The notes under the pieces: model-generated
Seen by the model: only the letters and a program-made list of their open reading frames with translations
The model's database searches: none
Told to the model about the DNA's origin: nothing
Position numbers and translations under genes: made by a program
Shown here: piece by piece, positions 58,134 through 64,000 of the stretch
Position numbering within the stretch: the first letter of the stretch is position 1
Layout: the number at the start of each line of letters is the position of its first letter
Virus record (IMG/VR): IMGVR_UViG_3300027839_000007
Location: 1 to 64,000 of that record
DNA length: 64,000 bases
Source: a virus
Strand: one strand, 5' to 3'

Positions 58134-59040
58134 AAAGAAAACCATACCCAGGTTCGGATGGTCTCCTAACCCGCACGCTGTCAATGAAGTGTTGTCGCAG
58201 CTTCGCAACCCCGTGTTCGGTCCATGCGCGTACCAGATCAAGGGAAGTGGAGCAGGGAAAGTTGCATTGCTGTGGAAATACGTCGAAAGGTTCACTGGTA
58301 ATTACAATGTGCGCACACAAGCAATCGGTGACTGTGTCAGTTTCGGAGTGGCCGCTGCTGTTGACGCCGTCAAGGCCACGGAAATCTGTGTCAACGGGGA
58401 TATGGAAGAGTGGGTCGCCGAAACCGCCACTGAGCCAATCTACGCGGCAAGTCGAGTGGAAATTGGACGAGGAGAGCTAGGTACTAGCGACGGTTCGTAT
58501 GGTGCGTGGGGAGCGCGCGCAGCCAAGGAGATAGGGACGCTGGTGCGTATTCAGTATCCCAACTGCGATCTGCGTAGGTATTCCGGGCAACGCGCTAAGC
58601 AATGGGGTAATCCGGGAAAAGGTGTGCCGGACGAGCTGGAACTCACAATGCGAGAGCATCCTATTCGTACGGTGAGTCTTGTAACAACGTATGAAGAAGC
58701 GCGGGATGCTATTTCCAATGGTTATGCGATCACCATCGCAAGCGCATGCGGTTTTATGACCACGCGGGATAGTGAGGGCTTTCTCAAGCCGTCTGGTAAG
58801 TGGCCGCACCAGATGGCGATCATCGGCGTGGATGATGACTATCGTAGGCCAGGGGTGCTCGTGGTAAACTCCTGGGGACGTCACTGGGTTGATGGCCCTA
58901 AGCGTCATGACCAGCCAGACGGCACATTTTGGTGCGACGCGGATGTGTTGGAGCAAAAGATTCTTCGTGAACAAGATTCATGGGTTTTCGGGGATTACGA
59001 AGGGTTCCCGCCCAAGAAACTAGACCTGCGCATTATTTAG
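58126..59040 (+). CDS. Papain-like (C1) cysteine protease
   Basis: Q.IGDCV, HQM, NSWG. Confidence 0.85.
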   Translation: MAKKKTIPRFGWSPNPHAVNEVLSQLRNPVFGPCAYQIKGSGAGKVALLWKYVERFTGNYNVRTQAIGDCVSFGVAAAVDAVKATEICVNGDMEEWVAETATEPIYAASRVEIGRGELGTSDGSYGAWGARAAKEIGTLVRIQYPNCDLRRYSGQRAKQWGNPGKGVPDELELTMREHPIRTVSLVTTYEEARDAISNGYAITIASACGFMTTRDSEGFLKPSGKWPHQMAIIGVDDDYRRPGVLVVNSWGRHWVDGPKRHDQPDGTFWCDADVLEQKILREQDSWVFGDYEGFPPKKLDLRII

Positions 59041-59053
59041 AAAGGGGAATGCC

Positions 59054-59368
59054 ATGGAGGGCTACCCGTGGGAAGATGGACGACTGTCGGCTGATGAGTT
59101 TACCGAGCTGCTGCAAAACGAAGAGCATAAAGCAGTATTTTTCGATCTCCCCGACAGGGAACAAGCAGAAATCCTTAAGGAATCGGCTGATTACAACGGC
59201 GATGTTGAAGACACGCTGGACAAGTTAGCCAAGTACCTTAAGTCTTCGTTCTTTCGTAAGATTGCTCTCCGCAAGGCTGCTGGTTACGGCCTGAGCGGTG
59301 AAGAAGCCGATGAGCTGGCGCGCGTATGGCGTGAACGCCATGAGCTGCTTCGTGACGACGATGATTAG
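59054..59368 (+). CDS. Hypothetical protein
   Basis: 104-aa ORF. Confidence 0.5.
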   Translation: MEGYPWEDGRLSADEFTELLQNEEHKAVFFDLPDREQAEILKESADYNGDVEDTLDKLAKYLKSSFFRKIALRKAAGYGLSGEEADELARVWRERHELLRDDDD

Positions 59369-59567
59369 TCCGTACGTAGAGTTGGCGCTGTGGGTTGTAG
59401 GTTTTTTCTACTTCCTGGGCATGATGATCATCACGCATGCCATGGACCAGGAGGGACTGGTACGCAACAAGGGGATGTCACCACTCACGGCATATTTTTG
59501 GTTGCCAGTGCTTTGGCCGTTAGGGGTAATGCTTACACTCATCAATGTATGGAACAACCATGAATGA
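59361..59567 (+). CDS. Small membrane protein
   Basis: Two TM segments, LWP motif. Confidence 0.45.
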   Translation: MISPYVELALWVVGFFYFLGMMIITHAMDQEGLVRNKGMSPLTAYFWLPVLWPLGVMLTLINVWNNHE

Positions 59568-59718
59568 GTATAAGCACGAGCATGAGTATAAGGATGAATA
59601 TGAGTTATCGGAGGAGTTGGATACGCGTATTCTCAAACTCATGTCTGAGAATGAGCAGCTAGAGGCTAAACTAGAGGACAGGAAAAGCCAGCTTCGCGAT
59701 CTAACCGAGGACACATGA
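59560..59718 (+). CDS. Small coiled-coil protein
   Basis: 52-aa ORF translated by hand, fills gap with overlaps. Confidence 0.4.
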   Translation: MNEYKHEHEYKDEYELSEELDTRILKLMSENEQLEAKLEDRKSQLRDLTEDT

Positions 59719-59741
59719 CTCCGCGTGGCATGGAGGCCACC

Positions 59742-60197
59742 ATGAAGAAAATCATCTGTAGTGTGTTTGTTACTCTTTTAGCCGTTCCCATTGCCGCTTA
59801 TTTGATCCCAGGCTTCGATCTCCGCGTTGGCACGTACAGTGTTAGTGACGGCGGATGGATCGTGGATGAAACAGGCCCGCGCCGACCAATCGCGAAGCCA
59901 CACATACCATACCCTGATAGGGATGTTGGTCGCTTCCTGCTTGCCGCGGGTGAGTACGTGATTCTCAGCCACAATAGTGGTAAGTCGCTGCGCCTTCCCG
60001 GTGTCTTCCGTATTGACACCAAGACCGGGCAAGTCTTGAAGTACCACGTGCTGTTCGGGTCCAAGGGGGAATTTCTGGAAGGCTGGGTACCTACGATTAA
60101 CTCACGACCAGCGTTGGGTACTCCTAGTCCTCCCGCAAACAACTTCCTTATCAGGCCAAGACAGGGGGTAGCCCATGCCATTTCCGCAGTGCGGTAG
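59742..60197 (+). CDS. Hypothetical membrane-anchored protein
   Basis: GGAGG RBS, MKKII signal-like N-terminus. Confidence 0.55.
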   Translation: MKKIICSVFVTLLAVPIAAYLIPGFDLRVGTYSVSDGGWIVDETGPRRPIAKPHIPYPDRDVGRFLLAAGEYVILSHNSGKSLRLPGVFRIDTKTGQVLKYHVLFGSKGEFLEGWVPTINSRPALGTPSPPANNFLIRPRQGVAHAISAVR

Positions 60198-60636
60198 TAG
60201 GCGGTGTGTTGTTTGGGGATGCGTGGTTTTTCTCCTGGCGGCGGCGGTAGCTTATTTTTTCTGCCCCTGGTGTAAGCCTGCCGTTAAACCATGCTGTAAA
60301 GAACATGCGGCGGCGCACCAGCTATCCATGGATGCGGAAGCTATGGCGACGTTGAACTTGTCGGAGCCACCTGCTGATGAAGAGATGTCTGTAGAAGACG
60401 AGGTCGAGAACATCTACGTGTTGATCCAGCAAATCAATGCGCGAGAGTATACGATAATGGACACCATGATTCGTATTTTCCATTACATCAAGCCGCACAA
60501 GGGGCCAACACATGGTTGCCCTGAGTGCGCTGAAATTCATGATCGCACTAAAAATGTTGATACCGTGACGATTTCTCGTGATCAATGGAATAAGTTCAAG
60601 AGGTTAGAGGCGCTCGATAAGAAATCGATCAAATGA
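60175..60636 (+). CDS. Hypothetical membrane-anchored protein
   Basis: N-terminal TM, CPEC. Confidence 0.5.
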   Translation: MPFPQCGSRRCVVWGCVVFLLAAAVAYFFCPWCKPAVKPCCKEHAAAHQLSMDAEAMATLNLSEPPADEEMSVEDEVENIYVLIQQINAREYTIMDTMIRIFHYIKPHKGPTHGCPECAEIHDRTKNVDTVTISRDQWNKFKRLEALDKKSIK

Positions 60637-60906
60637 ATAAGCTTGTACCTGCGGCGCATATTTCGTTGGCCGTTCCAATCACGGGGCCGCCAAGCTATTT
60701 GGTATCAAGCGGAATCTTCACAGCGCGGGTAGGCGAGGTAACTAAGATGAGAAAGAAGTCAAAAGTGAGCACCATGACATTGGTGGCGCTCCTGTCGGCG
60801 CTCTCACTTATCTGGTGGCTGGGTGGATGGCAGGCTGCACTTTGGGCGGGTGGCATCGCTTTGTGCTGTATCCTGGCAGATTTTGTGTTGATAAAGGAAT
60901 GACACG

Positions 60907-61509
60907 GTGTTCAAAGTAGCTCCAATTCTTTTGATGATTATGGCAAGCGGCTGCGGCATGCTACCGGCAGTCGTTGGCTACAAAACAATGTCACTAGAGG
61001 CAGATTTGGTTGTGCGCGCACATGCGCATGCCGTGCTCTGGTTGGCATTGGCGCAGGAAGTCGATGAACCGACGCCAGATCCCAATGACAACCCAACTCT
61101 TTGCGATATATGCAAGGGGACTGGAAAAAGTGGTGACGGTCTTGGACCCTGTCCTTGCGGTACCCGGTGCCGCTGCGCGGATGCAGAGTCAAATCTGCCC
61201 CCGCGCGAGCGCCGGGTACTTTTTTTCTATCAGGACGATTGCGAAGCTTGTGATGAAGCCAAGGCAGGTTTACTTCCACTGTTTAAGGGGAAGTCATTGA
61301 GCGTAGGGCCCGGATCACACAATCACGTACAAATGCTGCGGTACCAGGACCACCCTGATATTGTGGCTTCCTACAAAATCAAGCTGCTCCCAACCTTCGT
61401 GGTCATCCGAAAAAAGAAGGAGCAGAAACGTTGGTCCGGCACGTGGGCTGGCGATGAGCTTGACGAACTCATTGAAAGGCTCGATAAGTATCTCAAACAT
61501 GATGACTAG
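60907..61509 (+). CDS. Thioredoxin-like lipoprotein with Cys-rich segment
   Basis: ASGC lipobox, CDICKGTG, CEAC + LPTF thioredoxin motifs. Confidence 0.65.
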   Translation: MFKVAPILLMIMASGCGMLPAVVGYKTMSLEADLVVRAHAHAVLWLALAQEVDEPTPDPNDNPTLCDICKGTGKSGDGLGPCPCGTRCRCADAESNLPPRERRVLFFYQDDCEACDEAKAGLLPLFKGKSLSVGPGSHNHVQMLRYQDHPDIVASYKIKLLPTFVVIRKKKEQKRWSGTWAGDELDELIERLDKYLKHDD

Positions 61510-61520
61510 CGAGGGTTACC

Positions 61521-61865
61521 ATGCCAGAACCAATTGAGCAACCGGCAGAGCTTGGACCAAGTTTTCCACCCCTGGAAGGTGCGCGCGAGACTATTGTTGA
61601 TATTATTGAAAAGCTCACTGCAATACTCATCGAACCTGATGGGCTACAGGTGGGCAGGTTTGTCAAAGTTCAGGGATCGCACGGGTTGGTGCTACGTATT
61701 GAGCCATATGGTGATGGGCTGGTCATTGGGATTGAGGAACCGCGACCGCGCGTTAACGTAGCAGGGTGGTTGAAGGGGCACCTGTCGCAGGTTAAGCTGA
61801 CCCCACTCGAAATCATTGTCGTGTTGGATGGCCTCCCTGATTTGAAAATTGAAGTCATTTCTTGA
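61521..61865 (+). CDS. Hypothetical protein
   Basis: 114-aa ORF. Confidence 0.5.
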   Translation: MPEPIEQPAELGPSFPPLEGARETIVDIIEKLTAILIEPDGLQVGRFVKVQGSHGLVLRIEPYGDGLVIGIEEPRPRVNVAGWLKGHLSQVKLTPLEIIVVLDGLPDLKIEVIS

Positions 61866-61875
61866 GGAGAAGATC

Positions 61876-62310
61876 ATGCGTAGGGCACCGCACGGGACAG
61901 CGTTGGGTTCCATCCAGTTTTGGGTGTGCCGTGAACTGAAGTACACCGGAAAAAAAGCTGAGCGCGCCAAGTCAGCTACGCATTACGCCATGTCCTGGTG
62001 GCATACTCGCAGTGACACGTACCTGGATACCGTCGATACCGACGTGGCAAAGCGAGCGTGCAAGAGATATGTCAAGAAGCAGATGATTGCACCCGTTGGT
62101 TTTTTTGTTGGCATTTTTCTGGCTATCTTCGTGCAGGTTATTGTAAGTGCTGTGGTACGTATTATCCTGGAGTGGGTTTTCAACGATCGAACAGCACGTG
62201 AGATGTTGAAAGAAAAAGAACAGTACAAGTACATTCGCAGCCTGGCGCGCCAGTTACATGATGATGAGTCTTTGGCTGTGCATGCTTTGGACCTGCCTGA
62301 GGGTAGTTAG
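61876..62310 (+). CDS. Membrane protein
   Basis: GAGGAG RBS; long hydrophobic segment. Confidence 0.5.
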   Translation: MRRAPHGTALGSIQFWVCRELKYTGKKAERAKSATHYAMSWWHTRSDTYLDTVDTDVAKRACKRYVKKQMIAPVGFFVGIFLAIFVQVIVSAVVRIILEWVFNDRTAREMLKEKEQYKYIRSLARQLHDDESLAVHALDLPEGS

Positions 62311-62375
62311 ACGGCTACCCTGTCCTGGTGCTGTTGTGCTAAACTTGGGCAATCCTGGTTACGGAGCGTGTGTAG

Positions 62376-62807
62376 ATGCCTGACAAGACTTTTCGCTTCA
62401 AACGTCCCCGTAAGATTGGTAAGCGCTATCAGTACCAGGACCTCACGTTCTGGGCAAAAAACGGGTTTATCTACGTCGAGGACAGGGCCGACAACAGTTT
62501 CCACACGATTTCTCGTCGTGACTGGTTGGTGAGAGCTAACGCATTTGTGAAAGAGATCAGCAAGATCGGGGGCATCACGAGTAACGCGGACAACGTTTTT
62601 CAGAAGCAAACGTTTCTCGCAGAGCGGGAAGCGTTGCAGGGACTCGTTGATGCTATGATCGACGTGGCGCGACGCGCTAAGCGCCAAGGTGATCCGACCA
62701 ACCCCAAGGTGTTGAGCGAAGTTTTACGGCACACTAGTAAGCACGCTCATGTTTTCATGGGTGGCCATGGTATCAGCAGTGGAATAGGAGTCGCAAATGG
62801 CGCTTAA
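62376..62807 (+). CDS. Hypothetical protein
   Basis: 143-aa ORF, GGAG RBS. Confidence 0.55.
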   Translation: MPDKTFRFKRPRKIGKRYQYQDLTFWAKNGFIYVEDRADNSFHTISRRDWLVRANAFVKEISKIGGITSNADNVFQKQTFLAEREALQGLVDAMIDVARRAKRQGDPTNPKVLSEVLRHTSKHAHVFMGGHGISSGIGVANGA

Positions 62808-63201
62808 CCCACGACAGGCGTTTAAGGCTGGCTTCTTGTTGCGTTGTGCCGAGGAAGGCGTTGCCGACACGGAAATGCAGGACCGTTTACAGTTGGCTGA
62901 GAAGCGGGCGGAGGGCGGCGTGCTGTCTACCCTTACGAACTGGGCTATGCTGCTTCCGCTTTTGGCAACAGGGGCGGGCGCGACGGGCGGTTACTACATG
63001 GGTAAAGCATTGGCTGACGCGCGTAATGAGACAATTCCTGCCAAGCTGCCCGGAGAAAACGTGCCGGAGAATATCAAGCGGCGGCAGCATGCAGAGCTAC
63101 TGGCTGCGTACAAAGACTACACTGAGCTGGTTAATCGCAGAGCTAAGGATATTCGTCGTCGACAAGATGATGAAAAAGGGCGTAAACCGGCTTACTTCTA
63201 G
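62797..63201 (+). CDS. Probable virion protein
   Basis: AFKAGFLLRC..EG leader, EKRA, Gly-rich hydrophobic segment. Confidence 0.55.
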   Translation: MALNPRQAFKAGFLLRCAEEGVADTEMQDRLQLAEKRAEGGVLSTLTNWAMLLPLLATGAGATGGYYMGKALADARNETIPAKLPGENVPENIKRRQHAELLAAYKDYTELVNRRAKDIRRRQDDEKGRKPAYF

Positions 63202-63210
63202 GAGTGACTT

Positions 63211-63576
63211 TTGAGTATTTTGAAGTATTTCGAGGAGCGCGGCGGAGAGTCTACTGAACATGGAGGTCCGCTGCACTGGCCCGGGACAATTGAAGGTTTT
63301 CCGTTTCGCGGGGGCGCTGTACCGGATTTCAAGGAAGACGAAATCGACAACGTTCCGTTGATGGTCGATTTTCATGTGAAGATTTTTGAGTTGTGGAAAG
63401 ACGAGGATCGCGAAGCTTACGTGCAGATTCGTGACCGCGTGGCAAATCAGTGGTACCAGGTAGTGCACATCGATCGCAAATACGACGACGAGCACAAAAA
63501 CTGGCGCGTGTACATGGAGTGGCATCAGATCTATGGAGAGATTACCGATGGCAAGGCCCCTGGTGTCCCTAAGTGA
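63211..63576 (+). CDS. Hypothetical protein
   Basis: AGGAG RBS, TTG start. Confidence 0.55.
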   Translation: MSILKYFEERGGESTEHGGPLHWPGTIEGFPFRGGAVPDFKEDEIDNVPLMVDFHVKIFELWKDEDREAYVQIRDRVANQWYQVVHIDRKYDDEHKNWRVYMEWHQIYGEITDGKAPGVPK

Positions 63577-64000
63577 GAAGCGCGCGGATACGCCGGAAGA
63601 AGTGCGCGCACAGACTATGCGCAGCCTGCTTGGTGCCAGTCTTGGTGGACTTGGAGCGGGCGTATTAGGTGGCGGGCTTTGGCATCTTATCCGTGACTAC
63701 TTGCGGGGAGAGTCTCCAGAGAGACGTGCGCCTACTCTACAGTTATCTTCACTACGTAGTGTTGCTCCTGATGCAGAAGAAGAAGACGAAGAAGAGCTGA
63801 GTGAAGAGCTGAGTGAAGCGCTGGGTCAAGAGCGTCCCGTAGAATATGCTAAGGCTGCTGGCTTTTTGCAGCCATACACCCCAACGTCAATGGATGATGT
63901 GACTTGGGAACCTGCAGCATACATTGCGGCAGCGGGGTTGAGCGCTGGTGCTGGGTGGGAACTTATTAGCTGGTTGCGTAAGCGTGCATTGAAAGTCAAA
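63548..64000 (+). CDS. Probable virion protein, 3'-truncated by window edge
   Basis: Hand translation MARPLVSLSEKRADT...GASLGGLGAG...AKAAG, open to window end. Confidence 0.55.
   Translation, partial: MARPLVSLSEKRADTPEEVRAQTMRSLLGASLGGLGAGVLGGGLWHLIRDYLRGESPERRAPTLQLSSLRSVAPDAEEEDEEELSEELSEALGQERPVEYAKAAGFLQPYTPTSMDDVTWEPAAYIAAAGLSAGAGWELISWLRKRALKVK

Noticed and set aside
1-64000. tRNA, rRNA, integrase, transposase, intron or intein
   Set aside because: None recognised by eye; a tRNAscan/Infernal/HMM run would be needed to exclude them fully.

Overview
Gene-dense ~57% GC segment of a large (probably jumbo) dsDNA bacteriophage genome, with essentially all genes on the + strand and standard code. 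1-13 kb is a replication/recombination module (SF2 helicase, DnaB-like helicase, primase, UDG-like domain fused to family A DNA polymerase, probable SSB, RecA-like protein). 13-26 kb holds accessory genes (cold-shock protein, DEDDh exonuclease, RuvC-like resolvase, many small ORFs). 26-34 kb has a probable portal, glycosyltransferases, a tubulin/FtsZ-family GTPase and a DUF1599-like protein. 34-64 kb has very large low-complexity probable virion proteins punctuated by K-x-A motifs (one containing a SET domain), holin-like genes and two proteases. The most striking non-coding features are two arrays with an exact 37-bp period of two alternating repeats (GCGTGCAACCA / GCGAGTACCA) separated by unique 8-nt spacers (14146-14260 and 21368-21706). 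This architecture resembles TIGR guide-RNA arrays, but no recognisable Tas/Nop protein is in the window. There is also a palindrome (C)TATTGGCGCCAATA(G) at four intergenic sites. All product calls are from motif recognition by eye, not database searches.
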